Below, piece after piece: positions 49,275 through 62,999 of a stretch of DNA of 64,000 nt. Source of the stretch: Mustelus asterias. Its lineage: Eukaryota. The notes beneath the pieces were generated by a model that saw only the letters and a list, made by a program, of their open reading frames with translations, made no database searches and was not told the origin of the DNA. Where the stretch lies: contig NC_135804.1 in the NCBI RefSeq assembly GCF_964213995.1, forward strand, positions 20,956,001 through 21,020,000. Direction: 5' to 3'. Numbering within the stretch: position 1 is the stretch's first letter; every line of letters starts with the position of its first letter. The position numbers and the translations under genes are program-made.

Positions 49275-49920
49275 AAAGATTTTCAAGTTTGCTGATAACA
49301 CCACTGTAGTAGGTTGGATCTCAAACAATGATGAGACAGTGTTCAGGAATGACTTAGAGAATCTGGTGAACTGATGCAATGACAATAATCTCTTCCTCAA
49401 TGTCAACAAAATGAAAGAGATTGTCATCAACTTCAGGAAGCACAGTGGAGAACATGCCCCTGTCTACATCAATGGGGACGAAGTAGAAATGATCGCCAAC
49501 AACCTGTCCTGGTCCTCCCATGCCGACACTATAGATAAGAAAGCCCACCAACGCCTCTTCTTCCTCAGAAGACGAAGGAAATTTGGCATGTCAGCTACAA
49601 CTCTCATCAACTTTTACAGATGCACCATAGAAAGCATTCTCTTCCACTTTCTTTCATCGGGAAAAAGATACAAAAGTCTGAGGTCACGTACCACCTGACT
49701 CAAGAACAGCTTCTTTCCTGCTGCTGTCAGACTTTTGAATGGACCTGCATCTCATTAAGTTGATCTTTCTCTACACCCTAGCTACAACCGTAACACTACA
49801 TTCTGCACTCTCTCCTTTCCTTCTCTATGAACGGTATGCTTTGTCTGTATAGCATGCAAGAAACAATATTTTTCACTGTATACAAATACTTGTGACAATA
49901 ATAAATCAAATCAAAATCAA
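49275..49920 (+). mobile_element. Rex/Babar-type LINE, truncated and internally deleted
   Basis: KFADNTTVVG..S...; KEIVINFRK...KKAHQRLFFLRR..KFGMS...FYRCTIESIL is the Rex1-type RT C-terminal region; (aatca)n tail. Confidence 0.8.
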
Positions 49921-50328
49921 AGCAAGGGAAAATGTACTCGTGCAGTGAATAAATGGAAACTCGTCCATCACCTCAACGTTAACATTCACACAGGATGGAC
50001 AATCAACTTTAGAGCAAACGCACATCCCTCCCTTAAAGACAAATCAATCCTTCCCAATTAGATCTCCTGAGAAACCAAGTCCACATGTAGTGACCGTGGA
50101 CCCTGCTGAGACAGGTAAGTAAAGGGCAAAACTTTGCTGGAGTGTTTGCAGTTGCAGATGGCGGACAACTCTCAACATATATCATTCAAGGCACAGATCA
50201 ACTCAAAATCATCCCATTTGTAAAAATCAAAAATTGTAGCCAGTTGTGAAGAAACTACAAGTAACTCAATGCTCAGCGCATTCTCCAATTCACGTTTGCC
50301 CACCTCATGGAGAGATTTAATATTCTAC

Positions 50329-50423
50329 CTTTGTCGGAATTGGTTTCCAATGAACTCCAGATGCATAGATATATCTGTACTTGAGACCATTGTAATCATA
50401 ATTTATTCGAGGTAGTTCCACAG
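50329..50423 (-). CDS. BCO1: BCO1 coding exon (exon 9 equivalent)
   Basis: Hand translation: AVELPRINYDYNGLKYRYIYASGVHWKPIPTK (ELPRINY motif). cag|...AAG|gtagaa, 95 nt, phase 1/0. Confidence 0.93.
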
Positions 50424-50794
50424 CTGGAAAACAAACAAATATGTTGTGAAATTTATTATGGTCAAGTTATTCAGCAAATAAATATTTAATAATAATAATT
50501 GAATCTTAGAATGTACAGACGAACTGCCAAGTATCAATTTCATGTTATTTTGTTTATCTATGTATCTTTGTGCTTGGGGAAAGTCAATTTGTACCCTCAA
50601 AGCTACTCCATAACTACCTGATTGTGAACATGTTGGCCCGGATTTTCACTCCCAAGTTGGGTAGAGTGAGCCGGGAAATTTCCCAACTTGCTGCAGCCAC
50701 CGCGAGAGAAATTCTCCAGGATGGCGGGATCTTTGTAGGGTGTGGGACGAAGCCAGTTCGGCTTCCCTCAGATGCTGGTCGGGCCACATAGGAT

Positions 50795-51515
50795 CATCAT
50801 AGAATCCCTACAGTGCAGAAGGAAGCCATTTGGCCCATCGAGTCTGCACCAACAACAATCCCACCCAGGCCCTATCCCCGTAACCCCACGTTATTTATCC
50901 CGCTAGTCGCCCTAACACTAAGGGCAGTTTTGCATGGCCAATCAACCTAACCGTCTGGAGTACTGTGTACCTTATTGGTCTTCTTATTTAAGAAAGGATA
51001 TCAATGTGTTGGAAGCAATTCAAAGAAGGTTTACTAGACTAAAAACTGGAATTAGCAGGTTGTATTATGAGGAAAAGTTGCACAAACTAAGCTTGCATCC
51101 ACTGGAATTTAGAAGAGCAAGAGGTGACTCGATTGAAACGTACAAGATCCTGAGGGGTTTTGACAGGATGGATGTGGAAAGGATGCTTCCTCATGTGGGA
51201 GAATCGAGAAACTTGGGTCACTGTTTAAAAACAAGGGGTCACCCATTTTAGACAGAAATTAGGAGAATGTTTTACTCTCAGAGGGGCAAGAGTCTCTGGA
51301 ATTCTCTCCCTTAAAAATCAGCAGAAGCAGAGTCTTTGAATATTTTTAAGACAGAGGTAGATAGATTCTGGATGAGCAAGGGGTTGATGGGTTATTGGGG
51401 GTGAGCAGAAATGTGGAGTTGAAGTTACTTTCAGATCAGCCATGACTTTATTGAATGGTGAAGCAGGCTTGGGGCAGGCTGACTGGCCTACTCCTGCTCC
51501 TAATTCATATGTTCG
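50795..51515. mobile_element. Minus-strand SINE tail (50795-50952) joined to a plus-strand CR1 3' fragment (50955-51515)
   Basis: LEYCVPYWS.YLRKDI..LEAIQRRFTRL CR1 motif directly follows the SINE segment. Confidence 0.75.
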
Positions 51516-52324
51516 AAATGCTCTGAGCAGAGAAGAAAGAATGTGCATTTATACAATATACTATCACAGCTCCAATATTTTCAAGCACTCAACAAATACC
51601 TCAGAGAATCAGTCACTACTATCCTGTCAGCCATTTTGCCCAATCTGCACTAGTTAATTCATTTATTGCGATGACGGCTGGAAAAAGTGTTAACCAGGAC
51701 ATTAGAAGGATCGAATTACACTTCTTTGAATAATGCCACCTGGATGAATAGAGCCAGGGCAGCAGCTCTGACCAACAGCCATAAAATATCAGTCTAGGTT
51801 TTGTGCTGAAGTCATGAAAAACCTGAAACCTTCTCACTTTGATTAACTCCATGATATTGGTTGCACTCCGCCATCTTCTGTCAGGGTAAGACTGTGAAGG
51901 GAACTCACGTTTGCTCTGAAGTTCAGATAATACTGTGTTCAGACTGTGGATTCTTTTGGGTGCCTTAGGGAGGGATACCAGTTGGGGGAAAAGCAGCGAG
52001 TGAATGATCGGAATTCCACCTGCAGGAAACCAGTTTGCAACTGAGCCAGCCCAAGCAAGAAGCCTTGGTGTCGAAATAGTGGTAAATCTTCCCTGGAGTT
52101 TTGTGTCTGTGAGGATATTGCTGGGGTAAAAGGAACATTTTTCTGGTGTTTGTATTAATATATTTCCAACCTTTTTGACTAGTGTAATACAATTATTTTT
52201 TTCTTGTTTAATAAACGTTTAATGCTTTGTATTAAAAGTATGCTGGCAGACTCTTATGAATGTGTCCAGTAACTGACCTCCGTGTTTTTTTTAAAAAGCA
52301 AACAAAGTTAGGATCTATCAAGTT

Positions 52325-52900
52325 GCGGCAAGTAACTCACCTGACTCCCCAAAGCCTTTCTACCATCTACAAGGCACAAGTCAGGAGTGTGATGGAATAC
52401 TCCCCACTTGCCTGGATGGGTGCAGCTCCAACAACACTCAAGAAGCTTGACACCATCCAGGATAAAGCAGCCCACTTGATTGGCACCACATCCACAAACA
52501 TTCAATCCCTCCACCACCGACGCTCAGTAGCAGCAGTGTGTACTATCTACAAGATGCACTGCAGCAATTCACCAAAGATCCTTAGACAGCACCTTCCAAA
52601 CACACGATCACTTCCATCTAGAAGGACAATGGCAGCAAATACATGGGAACACCACCACCTGCAAGTTCCCCTCCAAGCCACTCACCATCCTGACTTGGAA
52701 ATATATCGTCGTTCCTCCGTAGTCGCTGGGTCAAAATCCTGGAATTCCCTCCCTAACGGCATTGTGGGTCAACCCACAGAACATGGACTGCAGCGATTCA
52801 AGAAGGCAGCTCACCACCACCTTCTCAAGGGCAACTAGGGATGGGCAATAAAAGTTGGCCAGTCAGTGACGCCCATATCCCACGAATGAATAAAAAAAAG
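52325..52900 (+). mobile_element. CR1-clade LINE (family-2 partner) 3' end
   Basis: VTHLTPQSLSTIYKAQVRSVMEYSPLAWM; tail caagggcaactagggatgggcaataaa...gaatgaataaaaaa. Confidence 0.9.
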
Positions 52901-52990
52901 CCAGATTTTACTTTGGGGTCTGAATTGTCCAATATTATCGGCTGGGACTGGAACAAAATATACCATATAAATGCAAGTTATTGCTATTAC

Positions 52991-53096
52991 CTTCAAATAA
53001 CACTTCCGGCTTGCAGTACACATATTCATCTTTTTCTTTCAGTGCATATGCCGTTGTGTCTTGAAGTTTGACCATATTCACGCCCATGTCTGTGTT
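52991..53096 (-). CDS. BCO1: BCO1 coding exon (exon 8 equivalent)
   Basis: NTDMGVNMVKLQDTTAYALKEKDEYVYCKPEVLFE. cag|...G|gtaata, 106 nt, phase 0/1. Confidence 0.93.
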
Positions 53097-53624
53097 CTGT
53101 AAAGATAATGAACACTTAGAATGGAGTTTTCCTTGCATTTTCTCCCTTTCAGCCCAATTCCAAAGGCAAGTAGCTCATTCCAGCATTTCCTATTTTTATT
53201 TCAAATTTCCAGCATTTCCAGTCATTTGCTTTTGTGTTGCTTTTGAAATAATTTTCTTATCAAATCCTGTGCTAAGCATTAGAATCACATGGGTGATTCC
53301 ACCATGAAGCTTGGTCAATCCAGCACACACACTTTTCACAGTTTCCTTTCCGATAAATTTAATGCACAAAACAAATTAAGAATGTAGAAGCAGAGATTTA
53401 CAAAACCATTGCAGTGGCATTAGTATCCTTATTGCAACAGTATTTCTTTAAATCCCATGCACCACTCCATCCTTCCTGTGCTATGTCCATCCAATTCCTT
53501 CCGCTTGTCTCGCATCATCCCTATCCCGTTCTTTCTCTACATCTACTCAAATATAGACCAGTGTATAATAATTACTTGCAGGATGCAGGAATGCACCAAA
53601 TAAGATCCTTCCCATCATTTACAG

Positions 53625-54040
53625 GGAGGTGATTGCCTTGTGATATTATTGCAAGACTATTAATCCATAAACTCAGCTAATGTTCTGGGGACCCGGGCTC
53701 GAATCCCACCATGGCAGGTGGTGGAATTTGAATTCAATAAATAATATCTGGAATTAAGAACCTACTGATGACTATGAAACCATTTCGAAGAAGCCCACCT
53801 GGTTCACTAAAGTCCTTTAGGGAAGGAGATCTGGCGTTCTTACCTGGTTTGGCCTACATGTGACTCCAGAGCCACAGCAATGTGGTTGACTCTCAACTGC
53901 ATCCTGAAATGACCTAACAAACTGCTCGCTTGTTAAAGAAGGCCACTCACCACCACCTTCTCAAGGGCAACTAGGGATGGGCAATAAATGCTGGCCAGCC
54001 AGCAATGCTCATGTGCCACGAATGAATATGAAAAAAATAT
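53625..54040 (+). mobile_element. Family-2 tRNA SINE
   Basis: Head plus body; tail caccaccaccttctcaagggcaactagggatgggcaataaa identical to the LINE at 52325-52900. Confidence 0.85.
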
Positions 54041-55260
54041 GCCTGATCCTTATGTGTTCCTGACCCAGGTCAATTTATTAGTGGGAGGGTCTGCACTCAA
54101 TTTGTGCAGGTATTGACCCACTGCCAAATTGATGGGATCCTTCTTAGATGTCCCAGGTAGATGCCTTAATTAGGCAACAGTCCCTTCAAGTATATAAATT
54201 AGAGGCACCGTGCTTATTAAAGTATCCTATTGAGAAATTAATCAGCAATGATTGACACAGGCAATTGGGGCCCAGCTCAGTCATATTATTCAATGGCTAC
54301 CTCAGACCTCAGGGTCAATATTAATATTTTATTTTGAGGTAACACTTCCCTGTGGAAGAAGAAGGATTAGAAATGCTCCCATGATCCAATCTCCACCTCT
54401 CAATCCTTACAGATGGCCACTGCTGGCAAGGTCGGTCACCCTCTCGGGCACACGGCCTGCACGATTACTCCATCGAGGCCTGACGACTAATATCTGCCAA
54501 TTCACTGGAATTCTTCTGCAGCAATGAGAACAGGCCCAGGTGGATTTTTACCCCACTGACTTTTAATTTTTACCTCACTGACAAGAGTGCTCAGTAGCAG
54601 ATGGAACCCAAGCACAAGCTTGCTTAATAACCTCTTGAACACTTGGTATGCCTGGTGGAAATTATAGCCAGAAATTAGGCAGGCTTTTTGTTGCTGCGTG
54701 ATTTGAGTAGGAAATTTGTGAGTCAACTTTAAATGAGAACAGGGAGTATGTTTCGCAATCATTCTGCCCCCTGCTGGCTTGACCCCTGCTCCAGGTTATA
54801 GTCAACACGGAATTATCCGACCTTGCCTGTGGCCGGGATTATCCATTCCCGCTGCAATGGATGGAGATTTGGCTGAGCACCAATGGAGAATTCTGGTCAG
54901 TGTTGCCTTTCTGAGCTATGAAATCCCTCACCTTAATAAGCACAAACAGACCCACTCCCCCAAAAAGATAGCCTCAACAAATTCAATCCCCAGGAGAGAT
55001 TTTGAAAGGTTTTGCAACTTGGAGAGGTTCTGCACGAGATAGCTTCAATGTAATCATGTCAGAGTTGCTTTTACATTGTTTTTTTTTAAAGCTTATAACA
55101 TAGAGAAACAGAATCCCACTTTGTTGGACTGGAACCCAGTGTGGTTACTGAGAATAAGCAACACATGTTTTCTGAGAACCGTTTGATTGATTTGCCAGTT
55201 CTACCACTGAGTTCTCTGTGCAATCCTAATTTATTGGAGGGAAATGGCTGAATTTTTTAC

Positions 55261-55527
55261 CTTGTCATATTCCACGGGGATTGCAAATCTCTTGCAGGAC
55301 GGAAGACTGAAGCCTTTGCCTTGTGCTTCAAATTCACGGTCAGACAAAGTTATGTTCTTTAAATAGAATAGTTGGTACAAACTGTTGTCTTCATATGCAA
55401 TTATATCAAAGACAATGTGATTGTCTTCCTCATATGCGTTGACATGATGGTAAACGACCAATGCATCCGTGTAGAACTTTGTGGGTAAAAGTTTCTTTGT
55501 TTTTTTGTCTATGATGTGAATGTAAGT
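55261..55527 (-). CDS. BCO1: BCO1 coding exon (exon 7 equivalent)
   Basis: TYIHIIDKKTKKLLPTKFYTDALVVYHHVNAYEEDNHIVFDIIAYEDNSLYQLFYL...KRFAIPVEYDK; HHVNAYE His ligand. Phase 0/0. Confidence 0.95.
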
Positions 55528-57119
55528 CTGAAAAACATAGAATTGATATCATCGTTAATTCAAGAAAAATCAATTGAAATGCTTTCTGCTGTTTTTCCGT
55601 GGACAGCACTCATGCCTCGGAACAAGTTTTGGATTTAACTGTACGTGGAATTTGAACTAACAATCTAAGGCAGTATAATACTAAAGGACTGCTAGGTTGT
55701 CATAAAGTATGGATGATGCATTAAATTGAGGTCATTTCTTCCTGTGTCGCTGAATGGTAAAGATCCTATCATAAAATTTCATGTATTTTTTGACTTTGAG
55801 TTTAGGTTGATTGGCCATGCTAAATTGCCCCTTTGTGTCAGGGGGATTAGCAAGGTAAATACATGGGATTACAGGAATAGGGCCTGGGTGGGATTGCTGT
55901 TGGTGCAGGCTCGGTCTGCCAAGTGACCTCTTTCTGCACTGTAGAAATTCTATGGATACTATGGATGCAATGCCACATACCAGGTGAAACCCAGTTTACC
56001 AGTCAACCGAAGGGCAGAGCAGAGCTCACTTGAGAGTCTAGATCATGCCCGGGAACCCTGGAGCAGAAATGTACTTAGTCTTATCCATCTTCTCCTTCCA
56101 TGCCTACAACCCCACCACCCCCCATACAAATTCCCCTTATAAAGTTTGTGGTCACTGCTCTCTCAGCCTCTCCACTTGCATCGTGTACATAGCTGCTCCC
56201 CCAGCAGCACTGGCACTTACCATTGTTATGCAATGAAGGGAATTTCAAGGGAGTAGCAATGGCACCTACCCACCAAAAGTCCTGGAATTTTAAAAGGTGT
56301 TGGATAAAGTACCACATAATAGATTTGTTTGTACAATTGAAGCACATGGGATTAAAGGGGCAGTTCCTGTGTGGGTGTGAGATCAGCTGAGAGAAAGCAG
56401 AGAGGAGTGGTGAATGATTTTTTTCTTTCGATTCAAGGACAGTGAGCGATGGTCTCCCCATTGTGAAGACAATGCAAGTTAAATATAAATTAACTGTGAA
56501 TTAAATTAAATTTTATGCGGTCTGTAGTTTGAGAGAGACCTGGAGGTGTGTACTTACCATTTACAACATATAGGGTCATTGTCATACAGTGCAGGAAAGG
56601 CCCTTCAGCCCACCGAGTCTAAACTGACAATAACTACCACTATAGGCATGCTAATCCCATTTTGCTGCACTTGACCCATATCCTTTAATGTTATGATATT
56701 TCAAGTGCTCATTCAAATATCTTTTAAAGGTTGTAAGGTTAACAGCCTCCACTACCTATCCAGGCAGTGCATTCCAGATTCTCACCACCCTCCAAATGAA
56801 AAAGGTTTTTCTCAAATCCCCTCTGAATTTCCTGCCCCTTACCCTAAAACTCGTGATTGACCCCTCAACCAAGGGGAACAGCTGTTCCCTACTCACCCTG
56901 TCCATACCCCTCATTTAGACAGAACCTTATCAGCCTGAGGCAGGTTTGGAGGCAAGAGTGTGGAGAAAGTCAGAAATTTCAATGTCAGGTTCTCGAGCTG
57001 GCAAATTCCTACCTCCAAGCAATCTTGCTAGACCTTGCACTGGCACTGACTGGCATGGGCTATCCCTCTTGCAGGACAAGTGACTAATTAAAATAATTGA
57101 AGTGTCCATGGGAACAAAT

Positions 57120-57340
57120 TAATTTGATTTATTATTGTCACGTTATATTAGTATAGAGTGAAAAGCATTGTTTCTTGCGCACTATATGCGCAAAGCATAC
57201 CGTACATAGGGAAGGAAAGGAGAGAGTGCAGAATGTAGTGTTACAGTCATAGCTAGGGTGTAGAGAAAGATCAACTTAATATGAGGTAGATCCATTCAAA
57301 AGTCTGATGGCAGCAGGGAAGAAGCTGTTCTTGAATTGGT
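57120..57340 (-). mobile_element. Rex/Babar-type LINE 3' UTR fragment
   Basis: Reverse complement of 49700-49915. Confidence 0.7.
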
Positions 57341-57894
57341 GGCACTGTGGCGACTCCTTACTGTAGCCAAAGTCCCAAAGATGCCCAGAGATGGCCTGCT
57401 AGCAGAGTCCTGATGGACCTCCTTTAACTCTCCCCTTTCCCAGAGCCTTGGGTGCCTGAGGGTCTCAGTTGCAGGCCATCCTGTGGAGGAGTCTGTGGCC
57501 TCCCACCTGCATCGGCATGTCTACCTCTCTGTTGGGGCTGCCAATTCTCCACAGCTTCGAGCGGCCACTTTGCCTGCCTGCTGAGTGCACCTGCCATTCC
57601 CAATTGTATGGCACTGCTGGAGGTGGGTGAGACATAATGGACACCATCGGGGTTGGGTCCCCCGGTATGGTCCCGACGCCCAAGAATCTTCTGACTTTGA
57701 GAAGCTTCTGCCCATGATTCAAAATCAGACTATAAATTTCAAAATGGAATGGGTAACAACCCAAGAGTCCTAGTACTTAAAATCTGCTCCCTTAAATAGA
57801 AGTAAGTGACTGCATCTTTGTGGTTATCAAGAGTGTGTTGGGTCCATAAAACATCCATGTACTTTATCTGGAGTACAATGAAAAATAAGATTAC

Positions 57895-58121
57895 CTTGTT
57901 GTTTGGTTGCCATGTCAGACAGCTGGCCCAGTTCACTCCTTTGAAGTAGGCTGTAGCCATTTTAAGTATATCCAGTTTAAGCGGCTGTTCGATGAAGATA
58001 ATGTAGTTTTCAGTCATACCAAAACTGTGGTAGTAACTAGGATTGAGGAGCGAGTGACAAGGGATGGAACATAATATTTCACAATTTTTAAAGCACGTGT
58101 CCTTTTTGTCATCTGTTTGTT
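57895..58121 (-). CDS. BCO1: BCO1 coding exon (exon 6 equivalent)
   Basis: ...CSIPCHSLLNPSYYHSFGMTENYIIFIEQPLKLDILKMATAYFKGVNWASCL...; YYHSF His ligand. cag|...AAG|gtaatc. Confidence 0.95.
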
Positions 58122-58344
58122 CTGAAATAAAGGAGTAGTTACCAAATTGCAGCGAATCACAACTTTCAAAGCTAATATGCTACTTCATAATCTGCAAAGT
58201 AATGGGAGAAAAATCCCCAGAGAAGAAGGTGGCAATGGCGTGGTACAGCTCCATCAGGGAGGCCAAGCTGCTCTGGCAACAAGCACTATTTACATGCAAC
58301 CTCTAGTGTGGAGCTATGGATAGCAGTGATGGTAGAGGCCAATT

Positions 58345-58640
58345 TCATAGAATCCTGCAGTGCAGAAGGAGGCCATTCAGCCCATCGAGTCTGCACCAAC
58401 CACAAACCCACCCACGCCCTATTCCCATAGCCCCATGCATTTACCCTAGCGAGTCCCCCTGACACTAAGGGGTAATTTAGTATGGTCAATCCACCTAACC
58501 CGCACATCTCTGGACTGTGGGAAACCCACGCAGACACGGGGAGAACGTGCAGACGCCACACAGTGACCCAAGCCGGGAATCGAACCTGGGTCCCTGGCGC
58601 TGTGAGGCAGCAGTGCTAACCACTGTGCCACCGTACTGCC
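58345..58640 (-). mobile_element. HE1/V-type SINE
   Basis: Head, core and tail with a small internal deletion. Confidence 0.87.
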
Positions 58641-58945
58641 ATCACGAGGCTGATCAGGAAACTCTCACCACCTACCAATGACGTGCACTGGAAGGATTTG
58701 GAGATTGATACTCCAAATTGTTTGGAAGAGGAAGTTACTGCTTCAAAATCTTAGTCGAATCTCTCTGACTGAAGTTTTACAATTCTGAAAACTGCGGAGC
58801 AGTTATTTTTATAAAATTGCCAGAGTGGAATTTCTTGATGGCTAGTCTAATGATTCAATGGCTTTAGTTAGTGAATTACTGCATCACGGATACCTGGAAG
58901 GTCCCAGGTTTGGTTTTTGGTATGTGCTCAGCTAATCCTGCATTT

Positions 58946-59444
58946 GGGGCAGGGTTTTCTTTTGGGCTCCATTGAGGTCAAGAACAGAGGCAGATAGTGC
59001 CCAAAAATACCAGCAGAGGTCAGTGAGTATCCAACCCCATTCCCAATGTCCGCCATTTTTGTCAAGGCGAGTTCAGGACTGGTTGCCAGCCCTATTCACT
59101 CATTTAAGGGCTTTGCTAAAGGTAATACAGGCTGGCAGGGCTTTTTCCAATTGGCCTCCAGTTGCCCCACATTCTAGGAGTCAAATGCAACTCCTGGAAT
59201 GTGGGGAAACTGGAGGCCAACTGGAAAAAGCCCTGCTGCCCTGTATTACCTTTAGCAGGGCCTATAATGAGTGAATTGGCTGTCAGCCTCATAGGGCCGA
59301 GCAGTCCAACCAGTCCTGAACTCGCCTTGACAAAAATGGCGGACATTGGGAATAGGGTTGGATACTCCCTGACCTTTGCTGGGATTTTTGGGCACTATCT
59401 GCCTCTGTTCCTGACCTCAATGGAGCCCAAAAAAAACCTGCTCC
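58946..59444. repeat. About 500-bp imperfect palindrome (fold-back)
   Basis: 58946-59181 is the reverse complement of 59190-59444 (e.g. gggctccattgaggtca/tgacctcaatggagccc; attcccaatgtccgccatttttgtcaaggcgagttcaggactggtt/aaccagtcctgaactcgccttgacaaaaatggcggacattgggaat); loop about 8 nt. Confidence 0.93.
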
Positions 59445-60124
59445 AGTGGGTGCCAGCACTCCAGGACAGTCTCTTGGCTCTCCCTGTTTACCTGGGTTAG
59501 GGTGCAGCCAAATTCACCCCTATAGAATGTCTCCCAATCCACAGTGATGGTCTGACCTGGCTGCTTTTTGATTTTTTAAATTAGGTTTCTAAGAAAGTGC
59601 CTTGGAGCGGTCTCCATTTACCATTTATTGCAGCCAGGCTCTCCTCTGAAGCTGGAAGGCCTTTGAAGTCAAGAGCTAAGCCTCAGCCCACGATCGGACT
59701 GGGAACCTGGCTCCATGCCGATTGAGGGGGTATGTCTGGGAAAATCCCAAAGAGTGACTGTTTCTCTCTGGGGAGGGATTCGGGAACTGGAAACCGTCAC
59801 CGTTCCTGATTCGCAACCCCAAATTCATGGTCTTAATTTCCTTGATTTAGGGAGGTTGATCAGGCTTCCTTAACCTTTTCATTATCCAGCCATGTATGAC
59901 AGCTACCAAAACTAATCACAAAGGCTCATATGTCAGAGACAGAAGTTATACCCAAGTGAGGACTCAGCACCTTCAGGAGGAAAAATTGGCCTCCGTGCGG
60001 GTTGTGTGTGAGCTACAATTAAGGATAAAAGAAGGCAGCAAAATGTAGCAGAGAAATATGAGCATGACCTTAAAATTTTATAACCTATTTATTATTTCCT
60101 TGGGGAGATATTTTTGGTGGGTTT

Positions 60125-60655
60125 TTTAAATTCATTCCATGAGATGTGGGCGTCGCTGGCTGGGCCAGCATTTATTGCCCATCCCTAACTTCCTCCTCCA
60201 TTTCACAGGGCATTTAAGAGTCAACCAAATTGCTGGAGATCTGGAGTCACATGGAGGCCAGATCAGGTAAGGATGGCAGATTTCCTTCGTTTAAGGGCAT
60301 AAGTGATTTTAAAACAACTGACAATGGTTTCACGGTCTTCATTAGACTTTTAATTTCAGAATGTTCAGTCCAAAGATGTGCGGGTTAGATTGATTGACCA
60401 TGATGAATTGTCCCTCAGTGTCAGGGGGATTAGGAGGGTAATATGTGGGGTTACGGGGATAGGACCTGGGTGGGATTGTTGTCGGTGCAGACTCGATGGA
60501 CCAAATAGCCTCCTTCTGCACTGTTGATTCTATGATTTTTATTGAATTCAAATTTCACATGGTGGGATTTGAACCCGGGTCCCCAGATCTGGGTAATCCA
60601 GCTCTGGGTCTCTAGATTACTAGTCCAATGACAAGACCTCTTCGCCACTACCTCC
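60125..60655 (-). mobile_element. Family-2 SINE interrupted by a plus-strand HE1 3' half (about 60367-60535)
   Basis: The family-2 body breaks at ttaatttcaga and resumes at tttttattgaattcaaatttcac. Confidence 0.8.
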
Positions 60656-61609
60656 TGTATTGGCTGTGGATGTCTGTTTTGAAGCTCCTTGATGATTGAG
60701 GGGTGGGGGGGGGGGGGGGACGGGGGACGGGAGGGGGGGTTGGTTGGGTTCAAGCAAAAGGAAAACACAGGGCCACATGTTCAGGCCTACTGGGGCCTGT
60801 GTCCAGAGCCTTCAGCCAAACATGGGGCCTGGGAGTTTAGTTACCTTGCTGTGATTATGTCTGTTCCTTGCATCCTGCACCTGATCCTGAAGATCCTGGC
60901 TGGTCAGTGAGCTGAAGAATTCTACCATTTCCCATTGCTGCCTCTCCACTGATCCCCAGACAACCACCTAGCTGTCCTAGGGATTGTGAATGATGCCCTC
61001 AGGTCACTAATAATATCCTGATGGGGCCATCAGCCTCATTAGATAAATGCAGCTTGTGATACACCAGGATCACACTGCAATGCGAGTGCAGCACAATTTT
61101 TGAACCTCAGTGTAGCTATCTGAAGAGGAGCAATGAGACAACTTGGTTAATGCGCTTCCTTCAATGGACACTATTCATTCAGATAGAACAAAGAAAATTA
61201 CAGCACAGGAACAGGTCCTTCGGCCCTCCAAGCCTGCACCGACCATGCTGCCTGTCTGAATTAAAACCCCCTACCCTTCCGGGGACCATATCCCTCTATT
61301 CCCATCCTATCCATGTATTTGTCGAGATGCTCCTTAAAAGTCACGATCATATCTGCAAGATAATGTAGCCTTTGCTGGCAAAGGCAGCATTTATTACTCA
61401 AAGCTAATTATTCTTGAGAAGGTAATGGGTGAGCCTGCAAAACAACAATAACTGAGCTGCAAATATAATCCATTGACTGTATAGCACTCAGGGACAGCCT
61501 AAGGATATTACAATGTGCTAGCTGAATGCAAGTAGATTCTTTATTTATATTTCATGGAGTTCTTTTTAGCCAAAGTAACTTTTTCTTCTCAATTAGTCCT
61601 CAATTTTTC

Positions 61610-61912
61610 TTTAAGTTTTATTATTGTCACAAGTGGGCTTCCATTAACACTGCAACGAAGTTACTGTGAAAAATCCCTAAATAGCCACACTCCGGTGCCT
61701 ATTCGGGTACATTGAGGGAGAATTTAGCACAGCCAATGCACCTAACCAGCACGTCTTTCGGACTGTGGGAGGAAACTGGAGCTCCCGGAGGGAACCCACG
61801 CAGACACGGGGAGAACGTGCAGACTCTGCACAGACAGTGACCCAAGCCAGGAATCGAACCCGGGTCCCTGGCGTTGTGAAGCAGCTGTGCTACCCACTGT
61901 GCTACCATGCTG
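61610..61912 (-). mobile_element. V-type SINE with alternative tail
   Basis: Reverse complement of the 29317 type. Confidence 0.85.
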
Positions 61913-62299
61913 TCCTGATATAAAGAGATAATTAGAATTTCAAGTAGTGATATTTTGTTAAAATGGAATATTTCATAGCATTTTGAACATGGAATAATTG
62001 TTCAGTCAGCATGTGAACCATAACTGAGTTATAAAGTACTTTGATTCAGACTCCAGCTTCTACAGCTGCAACACAGTGAGGGGCACTACATTGGTTCCCC
62101 TGTCCCAGACAACTGGTGGGGAGTGGGAGAGAGAGATGAGACAAGCCCGAGAGCCCAGATATTCTCAATAAACCTTGTCCTGTCAGAGGCTATTTCTTCA
62201 AGAAATAATTTATTTTAAGAAACTGATAAAACACTTTGCTGAATGGAATTATCAATATCCCACTAAACAAAACACGCAAACTAAAACCAAACCAATCTT

Positions 62300-62985
62300 T
62301 CAGACTTCCCCAAATACCAATATCGTGGGGGTTAACATTGACCAGAAACTGAACTGGACAAGTTGTATAAATACTGTGGCTACAAAAACAGGTCAGAGGC
62401 TGGGAATCCTGCAACGTCTAACTTAATTCCTGACTCTCCAAATCCTGTTCACCATCCACAAGGCACAAATCAGGAGTGTGATGGAATACTCCTCACTTGC
62501 TTGAATGAGTGCAGCTCCAAAAACATAAGGTGCTCTACACCATCCAGGACAAAGAGGCCACTTGATTGGCATCCCATCCGCCACCTTAAACATTCACTCC
62601 CTCCACCACCGACACATGGTGGCAGCAGTATGTACCATCCAAAAGATGGACCGCTGCAATTCACCAAAGGCTCTTTCCACAGTACCTTCCAACCCATGAT
62701 CTCCACTGCCTTGAAGGAAAGGCATGGGAACACCAACATCTTCAAGTTCCCCTATAAGTCACACTCCATCCTGACTTGGAACTATATCACTGTGCCTTCA
62801 CTGTCTCTGGGTCATAATCCTGGAACTCCCTCACTAACAGCATTTTGGGTGTATCTACACCACATGGACTGCAGCAGTTCAAGCAGGCAACTCACCACCA
62901 CCTTCTCAAGGGCAATTAGGTATGAGCAATAAATGATGGCCTAGCCAGAGACACCCACATCCCATGAATGAATGTTAAAACAACA
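62300..62985 (+). mobile_element. Decayed CR1-clade LINE (family-2 partner) 3' end
   Basis: NIVGVNIDQKLNWT..INTVATK.GQRLGILQR plus the shared tail. Confidence 0.8.
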
Positions 62986-62999
62986 GACAAATCTTGATC

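Noticed and set aside
51700-52320. Possible partial LTR
   Set aside because: Has an aataaa and LTR-like composition but no definable TG...CA ends, TSD or second copy.
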